Assembly (NCBI GenBank): GCA_010093605.1
Contig: MU004192.1
Span: 566,882-630,881 of the forward strand
Length of the DNA: 64,000 nt
Origin: Lophium mytilinum
Lineage: Eukaryota
Direction of reading: 5' to 3'
Both the position numbers and the translations under genes were made by a program. The notes beneath the pieces were generated by a model. It saw only the letters and a program-made list of their open reading frames with translations, was not told the DNA's origin and made no database searches. This document shows positions 35,242-48,023 of this stretch, piece by piece. Within the stretch, counting starts at the first letter, position 1, and each line of letters begins with the position of its first letter.

Positions 35242-38200
35242 TTAGGTGGTAACAGCTCGAAGCTGACCAAGATTCCAGACCTCGAAGTTATCGGGGTTCC
35301 CATTGCGGTCAAATGAGCCATCCCCAGCACCCGATTTCGCGTGGTAGGATCGGTAGTTACTTGCAACATACAGGACAACCCCGAAAGACAGCAGGTGAAC
35401 ACCACGGTCAGCGAGCAGCTGTTGTTCGTCCATGGGCAACTGCATAGTACGCAATTGGAAATATGACTTAAGGTTCGCGCAGTCCAGCAGCCTCAGAGCT
35501 ATGGTAACAATGCGCGCGTCCGATAAGGAGGCTCGTTCCTGGGCCTCATATTCCGTTTCCAACAAGTTCATATACTGTATAGCATTCCTGAGGTCATTGG
35601 CAGTGGGGTTCATTTCATATTCACTCCCTGGATCGAATGCTGTATGGGGGACCGGAGCGTAGGATGGGGAATTGGAGATTTGGTTTGCGATCTGATTTAA
35701 GCCGTCATTCGGGCTTTGGTCGGTCCTACTTTGGAAATTCCACTCTGCTTGTAGACCGTTGGTTGATCCAGCTAGCGGGGCAGCAGTGGGTGGCATATCC
35801 CACTGAGAATTCCCTGTGGAAAGCTGGACGTAATAGAACTCGCAGTACCTTTCCAAAGACAGTGTAAGCGCGTGTTCTTCCAGGTGGTAGGTTAAAGGTA
35901 GCGGATTGCGGACTCTGTGGAAGATGATACGAAATAGAGACTTACAAATCGTCCCATTGAGCTACCCAGCCTAACGGTACCTTGGGAACTGCCTGTATTC
36001 TACTCTTGGGAATGGTTTTCGGAGCGTTCAAAGAAACTTCGTGCTCTTGACTTCGGGGTCCGGGTGATTCTTGTCGTGCCATCACCAGCCTTTTCTTGTT
36101 TTGCCGCTCAAGAAGGAGTAATTGCGCCTGATAGTTTTTCAGTGGAATCCACTCGTCAGCCCAGTCTCGGTTACATTTCATGCAACTGTTTCCGCTCTCG
36201 AACAGGAACTGGGGGCGGCAATAGCAAACTTCGTGTTGCCGAACGTGACAGTCATAACAGCTAAAGCTTTGACCTTCTCCCTCCACAGGAAACCCCATTA
36301 TCACTTCTGTTGCTAGCTCTATCGCCCGCTGGTGGTTGGTACATTCGGAGATAGCTTCTACTGACGCTGCGCTCACGCTGAGCCACCCGGCGACTATCAA
36401 ATATACCTCTAAGCAAAGACGTCGGTGTTTGGAGCTTGGATCCTCTTCTATCGCCAATAAGGCAAGTTCCATAGATAAGGGATCCTGTTCCAGTGATTCA
36501 TTTGGTGAGTCAGTAAGGATAGGCGGAGGCACATTTGGGGCCGATGTTGACTGGCGTGCTGCTACTTCTTCGTGCGTTGATGTTCGAAATGCGCCATCCC
36601 TTTTGGTTCCGAGCAATATACCCTCATTCGTCCCAGATGAATGGTGCTCGTCAGTCCAACTGGAATACTGCGACGCAACGGAAGTCACAGACGACATGGC
36701 ATTGATGATTGATGGCTTTTGCAGGATTCGGGGGAAGGGTGTCCAATTTTCTGAGCCCGTGACAGTGGCCTGCATGTTTGAGGCTGACACTACTCGTCGT
36801 GTTGTTTCGTCTTCAAGGGACGAAGTCGTCCTAGCCGTCCGGCGGATGCTCGGTGGAATCGCAGGTGCGATAACCTTGTGGTTCTCCCTCACGTGTCGTT
36901 GAAGAGCTTTCAGCGAAGCGAAAGTAAGACCATAGTTGCAGTTCGAGTCACTACAAGCAAGTCTTGGGGTATGGCATCGTTCGTGCTGTAGCCGAAGTTC
37001 ATCGCTTGTAAATCCAGTCGTAGATTGAACGCAGCCAGGAAAACGACAAGTAAAAGCTGTTGAGCCATAAGTTGCTTTGAAGAACGTGAGCTCAGCCGGA
37101 GTGAGGCCAGGGAATGTCGTGGAGCGGAGTAAAAGCTGGACTCTCCTTTGGTAGCTGTGTAGGGTGTCACTGAAAGGTGTCGGATCCTTCACAGGCGTCG
37201 CTACGTAGCCTTGAAACTGCAATCAGTAGTGATCACGAGGGAAATATGAGTCGAATCAGCTTTTGGACATACCATCTACGCCATCCTCGGACTCAGACTG
37301 TGGACGGCGTCGATATCGGAGCAGCTGGCGAGCCATTCCGAAGGTCTCGGGCTGTGATTTCAGTAGAGACAAGCGAGCGTCGTCGTCGGCATCTAATCTG
37401 AGTGCTTCATGGTCGTGTGAGTAAGATTGGGTGCCCAGAACACGGCTTTGATATCTTTTATGGAGAGCCACTAGAACGCTGACTTTCTTGTCAAGTATGA
37501 CCGGATTTGATTGGCGCGAGACCTGTCGAGCTTGGGTGTAACATAGTAAGTGCTCCAACCAGTACTCGACAGCGTACAAATGCAAACCATTAAAGCCTTT
37601 GCCAACATTGACGGTACGCTCGTCTTCAGAAATGCGACCATTGATCAAATTGATTCCCTGGAGCATGTAGGTGACGCAAGAGAGCGTCAAATTATACTCC
37701 GCTCTCTCTGTGTGCAAAAATGGTCCACTCGATTCATGCAGGAAGTACCTTTTTAAAGTTAGCAGGGGAAGAATAGGCACAAATTTTCAGAGTAAACTTA
37801 CTCGTGAACCGTGAAGTGAACGAACACGATGGTATTGTCTGGTCCATCTTCAATAAGGGGTCTGCAAAGTTGCAAAACTGTTTCTGGTAGTTTTGTTTTC
37901 TCGCTCAGAATAGTGTTACTGGCGGTGAGTGCTACAGCATCTTGGACCTCATACTTCTTGGGGGCGCGCTTTGCAAAAGTAATCCACTCAAGGATTCGAA
38001 CGGCTTTGTCGTAATTTTGAGGACTGAAAGATTTTATCCGGAGGATGATTCTTTCGTAACTAGGCGTTTGATTAACCCGGGGCCGAGATCGAGAATATGC
38101 AGCTCAGACTCACAGCTCTGTCAGACCGACAGGGAACGCATCGATTGCAGTCCTTAATTCGTTGGCATTGTAAACGTCATCCTCCAAAATATCCAGGACA

Positions 38201-39980
38201 AGTCTGACCCAAAGGAACATTCCTGTTGTGAAGTGTTAGCATTTTCCATATCGGTGGTTTTCTAGGCATAGTAGAGAGCTCATAACCTTTAGATTTGTCT
38301 ACAAGTCGTTTTTCAAAATCTTCCATGGTACTTGTATCGATGTTCAGTTCCCGAAACTTGGTTTGCATCTCTAAGAGCCGTTGTTTGGCAAAGGAGCCAA
38401 TGGCGGCATCAACGGCCGTTGCCTCATCGTTCAGTGAGAGCGAGGGCTTCCTTGACAACACTGCGTTTATATGCCTCACATCCCTACTGACAATGAGGAT
38501 TGGGCAGGATTCGTACGTGACATTAGATGAGAATGCCAGGATATTTTTCAGGACATCTTTCTGTTCCGAATCCTGACATTCATCTAATCCATCAATAATC
38601 ATCCGAGGGCCTTGTATTGAAGCAAGAAGATTTGGAAGTAGACTTGTGAGCGCTTGCGTGGACGGCGTTTGGCCTGTGAGAACGTACTCATCATACACGT
38701 AAGATGATAGGTTCTGGTGACGACGCAATACTTGAATAGCGAAAGACTTTAGTATCCTAGTCGATTGTTTGGACGTAGCGTTCGCGTAGCTACAGAAGTA
38801 GAAAAGTACGCTGGATTGACCGTCTTGTCGAAGGAATTGAATCAGTTTAGAGCAAAGCACACTCTTACCGGAGCCCGGCTTTCCTTTCAGCCACAGTATG
38901 GGCTTGTTTCCTTGTGTTCTCAACCAGTTCTTCACGGGCAATCTACTTAGGATCCACTCAGCCGTGTTTGGGTAACAGGAACCCAAGAGTTGATCAAGCC
39001 GATTCTCCTGTTCGTCTTGTGCGTCTTGGTCGGCGGTTCGATCTCCAAGCCAACTTAGAACGTGACGATACTGGGCCGCGGACATCTCAGTCTCTCGCTT
39101 TTTCGCTTCTCGAGCCGCCCGTTCTCTCCACTCTCTCGCTTCTGCGATTGATAGTGCATTGGCCTCTCGATCGACCAAGTCTGAATGTCGTGCAAGGCTT
39201 TCAAGTATGCATTTGAAGCGGTTATCAAATCTTCCCCATGACGAAAGAAAGAAGCACTTCCATGCTAAGTAGCTGTTAGCCTCGTGTTGCAGTCCGACGA
39301 TCAGTCTACGTACAAGGTTTTCGGAAGAACTCATAGGCACGACAATGGAACTCTAAGATGTCTGCATAAGCTACAGCGAGTACCTGCTGGAATTAAGGGT
39401 TCCCTCGAAAAGCCTGGCTTAAGCGATCGAAACGAGGTAGATTCTCTGCAATCTGGGAATATGCGGAAATGAGTCTTTCAAACGCTGTAGTGAAATCAGA
39501 TGCCAACTGGGGTTATCGATTAGTGAGAAATAGAGGACGACTGCACAGAGGAAGCAGACTAAGAAGATGCGAAGAAGATTGTTGTACCTGTATCATGAGT
39601 TTGATGGGCGCCTGGATGTCAAACGGTTAACTTTTTACTTGACACGGCGAGAATTTCCGTACCCATATCCACGGCAAATAAGGGGTGCCATTACACAAGA
39701 CTTCAACAACTTTAGAATATTTTTCTAGCCCATCTAGCAAAGGCTGTATCCGCTTCATGTTGCGAAGGCACTGCCTAGCCGCAAGTTGCCTTTCGATGTC
39801 TTTCGCGGCGTCTCGCACATCCTGCAGACCGGTCGTTCCGAAGACGTGTACATCATTAGCAGACGACTTTTTGACTGTGCTCTCGAAACCTTGGAATGCC
39901 GATTGAAAGGTCCGCCGAGCTTGTGGTGCGAGTGATGGTTGAGAGGTTGAGGGAGCGGCTGAGTGGACCGAGCTTGCCAT
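35242..39980 (-). pseudogene. NLR-like NACHT protein: N-terminal helical domain, NACHT, winged-helix region, C2H2 fingers, Som1-like helix, WW domain; in-frame TAA in exon 3
   Basis: ATG 39980. N-terminal domain (RNMKRIQPLLDGLEKYSKVVEVLCNGTPYLPWIWAPIK), Walker A GKPGSGKS, Walker B IIDGLDEC, GMFLWVRLV, FVHFTVHEY, CRFPGC..HERCH, CSDSNC..HVRENH, WW motif. Stop at 39393-39395. Confidence 0.85.
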
Positions 39981-40410
39981 GCCGACGCTGTGTCCGAGGT
40001 CGTCGCCGCGGGGATGAGGGAGATCAGCTTGCCTAGGGTACACGTAGGCAGAAATAGCTTGAAGACGCAAAGAAGGGGCTCTTGAGCTGAAGTTAAAGCT
40101 GTTTCTTGTAGATCATTGCGAGAATGCCTCGTCACAGAGGCAACGTCCTTCTGCTGGCAAGGCAGACGCGGGTTTCATGCAGGTGGCATCCGCCTTGTTG
40201 GCGCAGCTTCACCCCAAGCCTCAGCCTCATGGCTTGTGTCCCCAAAAAGAAATCGGGGAGCTGGACTGAACGTTGATTACCTAGGCGGATAACAAAAATG
40301 GGAAGCTGCTCGAGCCGTAGGATATGGAGGGCAAGGTTTGTTGATTTCCCGCAAGATAGTTACCAAGCATAGAGTACTGATCGAGTCGAAAACAGGCTCA
40401 CACCCGAACG

Positions 40411-43400
40411 ATGAGTCTGGATCCCGCTGCTCAAGCAAACCTGCCCATCGAACAGGCACTTCCTGTCCGCCCTGCGAACGATACATTGCTCTGGCAGCTT
40501 TCTGACGCCTCTTACACGGACGAGACTTCCCCTTTCGATGAGTACTCGCAACACCATCCCAAGCGCCGTCGGCTAGACAACAATGATCTTCGTGAGCGTA
40601 GATCAGGAGGTCGGGATACACAATCATGGGCACAAAGAAGGGTAGATCAGCGTAGCTATCCTGTAGCTGTATCTGCCGTGGTTCACTCCTCCGTGGCCTT
40701 TGCTTCCACATGGTCTTGCGTCTCAGAAAACGACTCCAGTCTTCCAGGCTTCAACAATCATGCCTTTGTGCCCGGGAAAGAAAACAGTCAGTTCAATGAC
40801 GTTGAAACGAGCACGGGGTCATACTCCGTTCTTGAAGACCTTGGTTCGGTGTCCCCAATGACACCACAGCGTCCGTCATCCGGAGCCCATCGGATTCAAA
40901 CGCCTATCAATTATGACTATGGGGTACAAGTTCCTTCTAGAAACACTGCCAATTGGGGTGCAAGGTACCCAGGAACCTCATGCCCGGTTTCTTATAATCT
41001 TATTCTATCCCCAGGTCCCGTAGATTCATCTGTCAGTCTCGCTGGGAAGCTTGAACCACCGCCATCATTGCAACCTAACGTCCAAAATGTAGACGATGAC
41101 ATTTGCTATGGCATGGTAAGAGGCTGATTTCCTATTTTCTTATGTCTCAATTCATGTCCGCCATCCTCTACTCTGGGGCTATCGATCAATATGCGTGGTA
41201 GCAAATGCAGATGGCCAGGTTCGTGTATTGTGAGACCCATGGACTGAGAAGCGACCACCCTGTCTTAGATATGGCTAACAACGTCCAAAAGATCGCAAAT
41301 CTCGATGCCAGATTTCCGTCGACCGCGTTGCCAAACAGTTCTTCGTACATTCCTGTCGGAATTTCCGTTGCAGGGCATCCCTACCTGCTTAGAAATCATT
41401 CCGTAGAAGGCCTTCTGGGTCCGCGCGAAGCGCAAATTCTCCAAACCCTCTCGAAGGACGAACAAATCGACCTTGAGCTAGCCATTTCAGCCCAGTCGGA
41501 AAGGTCTACGAAGCATACAGTCAGAGGAGTGGTCCAACGGTCCCTGAAGACAATAATTTACGGCCCTGCAAGCCTATCCGACGAAGTCGGCGAGTTTTTG
41601 CAAGCTTGCAACGTTTACTTGCAAGATCCAATTGGATGTCATCGGAACGTTCGGTATCGTAACCCCCATCGTTTGTCTAGCTTAGACGATGACGGCCCGA
41701 TGACATTTGACTTTCAATCGTCACATACTCAGTTACAACTGACTGACGTTGATGATGAACACGACCTCCTTGAAGCTCTGAACGCTCCGACGAACTTGCC
41801 CGAGACAGAGTCACCTCTACAGCTCGAAACACCTTTACTACAGTAAGACAACTGGACACCCTGTTAGCAGAAGTGATTTGACATTCCAATAGACACCAGA
41901 AACAAGCTTTGCATTTCATGATTTGTCGAGAGCTAGGCTGGTCCCTAAAAGACGCACGCAAAGACGTTTGGACCCAGGAAAATTCAGGCATGTCGACAGT
42001 ATACAGAAACAACATCACTGGTAGAGCGCAAGCACATCCACCGCCCAAGTTTTCCGGTGGTATTCTTGCAGACCCAATGGGACTTGGAAAGTCTTTGACT
42101 GTGATATCGCTCATCGTTAATGATGTTCTGGCATCGCAGAGAGGAGGATTTGGGGTGTTAGATAACTCGGCATCTTGGTCTGACGCTCAGACCACGATGG
42201 ACGCAACACTGCTTGTGGTACCACTCCCCCGTAGGTGACCTTGCTTTCTCATATATTAAAAAGCTCGCTAAACTCCTAGTAATAACCATGTGGGAAGAGC
42301 AATTTCAGAGGTATGAGAACACAACATTCTCCGTGAATAGTTGCTGACTTTCCAGACACTGTAAACAAGGTCTACTAGTTGTCCGGCGGCATCATAGTAC
42401 CAAGCGCCTCAACAATATTCTCCAATTGCAGAGACCTAATGTCGTCATTACAACCTATCAAACCATCGAGTCCGAATGGAGGAAAGGAATGAACTCAGAG
42501 CAGAGCTTAATATTCTCAACTCGTTGGAAGCGACTTGTTCTAGATGAAGGTATTACAACCTGATGACTTCGCCTTCTTCTTTCCTTTGCTGATTTCATAG
42601 CCCACTACGTACGGGACAATAGTACCAATACTTTCAAAGCTGTCTCTTCAATCAACGCGGTTTCACGATGGGCTGTGACCGGAACTCCTCTACAGAATCG
42701 ACTCACGGACATCGCGGCTTTGTTGCAGCTTTTGCGCGTCTACCCCTATGATGATCCAGCATGTTTCAATTCGGACTTCATCGAAACGTGGAAATCGGGG
42801 CAACCTACCGTAGCTCTTGAACGTCTTAAGCTTCTACTTCGGTACACTCTCTTGCGTCGGTCTAAAAGTACCGTCGACCTTCCCTCTCGATCAAACAAGA
42901 TCTCTCTTTTGAGATTCAGCAGCTCAGAACACTCAGTCTATGAGGCATCTAGAACGAAGGTCGTACGTGCACTGCATAATGCCCTACCGTCTCACGGAGC
43001 GATAGCCTCTCAAACGACCTACCTCAACGTTCTCCAGCAGATCCACGACCTCCGCTTAATATGTAATCTGGGAGTCCATCGGCAATCTACTTCTACCCGG
43101 AAATCAAACAAGACCATGATTCGAGAAGGGCTCGAGTGGAATACTGCGACAGCTCAAAAGACCTTTGAGTCTTTGACAGCTGTTGGAGAAGTCTCATGTG
43201 CTCATTGTGGCTTAGACGTTGAAACTGATGAGGCCATGGAGACGGACTCCGTGAACTTGAGACTGGGTGCTCCCTATGGTGCTCATCTGTCTCGATGTCT
43301 CAAAGTGATATGCCCCAGTTGCGTTCAGCAACGTCGGGATTTTTCTAATGGGGCATTCGGATCTATATGTGGCCATAACCCATCTTGTCACTTGGTGCCG

Positions 43401-44204
43401 GTGTCTCGAAGTCCATCCACGAATGGCTCTTCTGGCCGATCAACGCCTTCCAACACAGCTTTTGAGCCACCTCAAGAAGACCTACCGACGAAGATTAGAG
43501 CACTTGTGACAGACTTGCAAAGTCTTTCTCGAGACGTGAAGAGGTGAGACCAAACTTGAAACATGCTCAGATTGCTTAAACTAACACGAAAAGCGTGGTG
43601 TTCTCATACTGGGCTTCCACTCTAGATCTGATCGAACGAGGGCTTGAAACCAACGGTATCCAGTACGTTAGATTCGACGGAAAGCTCTCGCCGGAGGCTC
43701 GCCACCTTGTTTTGGAGAAATTTAGACGCGATGCTAGCATCACGGTCATTCTCATGACCATTACTTGCGCATCAGTCGGGTGAATAGAGAGATATCCGTC
43801 ACATTCAATAGAGGCTGCTAACACTGCCCAGTCTTGATATCACTGCAGCTTCCCGCGCTTATATCATGGAGCCGCAATGGAACCCAACGGTTGAAGAACA
43901 GGCCCTCGCCCGCATCCACCGGATGGGCCAGACCAAGGATGTAACGACGGTCCGTTTCGTTATGGAGGGTTCTTTTGAGCAGGTCCAGGACCCTCTCTGT
44001 GGGTTTGGTGAATGTTTGCTGACACATCGTAGCGTGTGAGGGATATACAACATAAGAAAACGGAGTTGGCGGAGCTCTTGCTATCTGAGAAGCCTTACCA
44101 GGCAGGAAACGGGATTGGAAGGCTTCAGGTGAGTGCTGCCGTCTGACTTTGTCAAGTGTGACTTTACTAAGAGCTGCCAGTACCTCCAATCTTTGCTCAA
44201 ATAA
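40411..44204 (+). CDS. SNF2-family ATPase/helicase (Rad5/Rad16-like), multi-exon, apparently intact
   Basis: HQKQAL, GGILADPMGLGKS, TLLVVP, ITTY, intron-split LVLDE|AH, RWAVTGTPLQN, LRRSK, Cys-rich insert (CAHC...CPSC), VVFSYW, RFDG, G|LDITAASRAYIMEPQWNP...QALARIHRMGQ. Last exon YLQSLLK* ends at 44204. Confidence 0.92.
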
Positions 44205-45216
44205 GGAAAGCATTGTGGGTTGAAGAAAGTGGATGAGAGGCTCTCTAATACGCACTGTATATACGGAGTCCATACCTTAGGCCCTTGCTCACTCTAGGCG
44301 GCGTTCTAAATGCGACTCGACCACTGGACAGCTCTTCCTGCATTTTGGAAGACATTTTAATGCATGCTGTGGTGTAATTTACCAGGGTTATTGGGATTTC
44401 CATGACTCGTGAAGTTTGTACCTGATTTTTTTCCAGATCCTGTCAAACATACATCTAAATCGCCGAATTGATTGGCATTCATTGTCGACCGCGAGTGCAT
44501 CAAGACCGAATGATGCCTCACGGCCAACTCATACTTCATGCATGCAAGGCTTTGCAGGGCGTCCAATCATCATATCGCTAGAATATCCTCCATTGGAAAC
44601 TATAGGTACTAAATTTCGCGTCAAAGGGAGGACTAGAGCCCAACCAAAACGACTCCATGATTTGTCGATGCCCAAAGGCTCGGGGGCCCGTGCGTGAAGT
44701 TAACTCCACCGTCGGCAGAGCCTCGCCTCATCTCACGGATCATCCCTCACCAGTCCTGCCATTTGACTACATCAACAGATCTTGCGAAGGTAATCTGAAC
44801 AGCCTCACGAAAGGCCTTATTGTGGTCGGGAGTGCCTGTATGCAGACGTGGCGTCATGATAGCTACCAATTGTAGCGGCCATCAAGCAATTGAAACAGCT
44901 TCCGCGGCGCCACGCCTGAACATCCTCAATGCCGCTGGCATTTCAGCTACTGGGAGCGAGGCCCAGCATCTGCATTATACTTCGCAATGCAGTAGCACGC
45001 GCATTGCATGCATTCTCTCTTGTGGTGCTGAAGTACCAGTATATTACTTCATGCTCTACTTCCATCTAGTCCCTTCCGTTTACCGCTCACAGGAAGCTCT
45101 GCCAGGACAGTGTTGTAACTTCATTTGGTATCATTGGTCTAGGTCTCTTATCATGGCGCTCATTGGTCTATTTCTTTCACTTTAGCTACCTAGCTTAAGC
45201 GTCCAGTCGTTCCAGG

Positions 45217-47005
45217 ATGGCTAGCTCGGATCAACCCCATCAGACAAAGCGAGTATGGCCAAACACCCAACCGCCCAGTGGGCCTTACTCAGCTTATCAG
45301 CCCTTCGCCAACCACGAACTGCCTCTCCGGCCCAGAGATCGGAAACCGTCGGCCTTGGACATTGTAAAAGCTCAACCGGTATTCAAAAGCTATTTTCAAA
45401 AGTATGGAGCCGAAGAGCTCGTGAAAGGCATGGAACTAGCGAAGAAACCAGACCTCATGCATGTCCTACGCAGATATGGCGCTGAAGAGATTGCTATTGG
45501 CCTGAATTTTGCTGAACATGACACTTCTTCTTTGGACTTCTTCGATGCGTTCAAAGATTTTGAGCATAGCCAGATTTTAGAATGCCACCGTGCCATCAAC
45601 CATAGCAATGGTACGAGCTTTTCCAATAGCAAAGCACGTACGGAGTGTTGATTAGTGCACAGTGCAATTAGGTTACCAACCTCACGACTTGGGGTACACC
45701 TTCTCCTCGTTTCCCAGGAGCTCAACTTCATATCAATTACCTTCCAATCAGCCCCCGAATGTCAGCCTGGGTCCTGACGGATCCACCAGTCACGAGATAT
45801 CGATGCCAATGGAAATATCCACGTCCAATCAGAAGCATTTCCGTCCCCACAAACACGTATCAAACCGTTCATCAGAAGCCGTATACGACTCACCAGCAGC
45901 TTCAACGCCGGCGTCAACTTCTTACAGCCGAATAAATCACAACAGGACTAGTAAGCCAAAGGACTGGGCCTGTACATACTGTGGGAAGGAATTTGCGGAA
46001 GCTGGATACTGTTTGAATCATGAAAAGACCCATCATAATCAGGAAATGAACTGGAGCTGTCCACACTGCCAATGCGACTTTCCAACCAAAAACGGCTGTG
46101 AACGCCACCACAACAAGCATCACGAGGACGAGTCGATCACTTATACGGATTGCAAAATCAGAGGGAAGCCAAGACCAGACTCGAAGCCAAAGACTGCATG
46201 CGCATGTCCCTATTGTGGCCATTTGTTTGAAGGTGCTACTAGCTTTAATGACCGCTGCCTGCATTTAGAGGAAGACCATTACAAAGCCGAACCGAGGATG
46301 AAGAAAAGCAACTTAGATTACTCCAGGATGATTCAAAGCTTACTACGTCGCCGTGAGCTCTTCAGCCGCTGGGCGCAAGCACTAGCTACTCTTAAAGAAA
46401 GCCATACGTTGTCTTGGGATACGGAAGAAGCGAGAAGTCTACTCGAATCTCTTGAAACTGGCAACTTCCACCTAAAAGGTACCATTACACCTCTGCTAGG
46501 GCGTGTTTACGCTTCCGCTATCAAGACTGCGAGAATCCCGAGCCGGTTTCAATACGACAGCTCACACGCAGACGCGCTGTCGAGCTCTGCCATCAATCAG
46601 CCTGTTCACCCTAGGTCTCTTACCTCCGAAGAACGACCGAGGTCTCCAGCTCAGAGCCAAAACCAATTTCCGCAAAGAGGACTGCCGAACAGTGATAGCA
46701 GCGGCTACACAGTCTCTGACATGCGTGCCAACTCGCGGACAAACCCTTCTTCTAACATCGGATTCCATCGTTCACAAATGGATCCCAGGCCGACAAATAC
46801 GCAGCCTGGAAGGATTTCTTACAATACATCAAGCCGCGGTATGTCTTCAACGCACATGCGTTCCGGCCGGCCTGATTCAGACGTCTCCGCTTCCTCGTCA
46901 TTCCGAGCTCCAGGCCATTCTGACAACAATGGCAATACGAACTCGAGCAAACACGACGTCTTCATGGGATTTGATGATCAGAGTACCACATATTACGGAC
47001 TATAG
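45217..47005 (+). CDS. C2H2 zinc-finger protein (putative transcription factor), 2 exons
   Basis: CTYCGKEF..HEKTHH, CPHC..HHNKHH and CACPYC..HLEEDHY, followed by a fungal-type helical segment (YSRMIQSLLRR). Intron ~45611-45662. Confidence 0.8.
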
Positions 47006-48023
47006 ATGCTCGTCCTCGCCTCATCCTAGAAACCTTGGCAACACCTACCGCAATGCTTCATGGCCCTGCTCAGATGAGTTTCGAGGCTTCGGCCATTGAC
47101 CATATCCAGTGGCCTCCCGTCGGACTGCCTCCTATCAGAGTACTTTACTTAACTTAGACATTCTTCTCTGCTCCGTCGGCACGCATGAGTTTCCCCAAAA
47201 AAAATCGTGGCTGTATTATCTACTTCTTTCTCCCACATCTTTCAGTCCACTCAGGCCACCTGTCCTCACCACACAATATCAAAGCACGTCTCAAATATTA
47301 TGTAGATAAGAAAAGTATAAGGTTGCGAGGAAAACCCTTTCTCGGGGTCAAAAACCTCCTATGTAGCCAAACCAAATCCACGAGAATCTTATCCATCTGC
47401 GCATCGACTCCTACTAAGTATCTGTCGGGTTGAACCGCTGCGCCAAAGGAGTGATAAAAAGTGGGAATACATAACTGGGGAAGGGTCTAGATAGCATAGT
47501 CCACAGAAGCCGGGTTTGTGCCTCGCATATACAGAGATATAGCGATACATGCAATAAGATCTTGATTTTAAGAAGTGGAAGGAGGGGATGCCCAAAGGCG
47601 AGGAAGAGAAGAGGGACGTGGGGAGGACGGGTACATATAGGTTTGTGCGCTAAGGGGATGCGTCAGTAGTGGTGAGTGGTAGGTTGGGGTTTCTACCATA
47701 GGTAGGCTCTTGATTACGAGACAAATAGCTGATTTTCATTATATTGCTATACGCATTGGCATAGGTATTAGTGCCGCAGCTGTGGGATTTAGGGCGATTC
47801 TTAATTCTAGTTATAATACGTTTTGGTTGTCGTTCTGAAATATACTGCGTATGGTACGGGTGGTCAAAGCACTTGGTGAATGAACATCGGCGTTCAACAC
47901 TTTTTGGTTCTGCCAAGACCTTCCCCGTTCGAGCACCTGCAGACTGGCTTCGCGCGACTGTCGCATCATCGCGCTCGACACAGCAACATCAACACCTTTC
48001 GCATCATGTAGATTCCTAGAAGT

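Noticed and set aside
44357..45185. Short ORFs between SNF2 and the C2H2 gene
   Set aside because: No coding bias or motifs are visible. This is likely UTR or promoter sequence.
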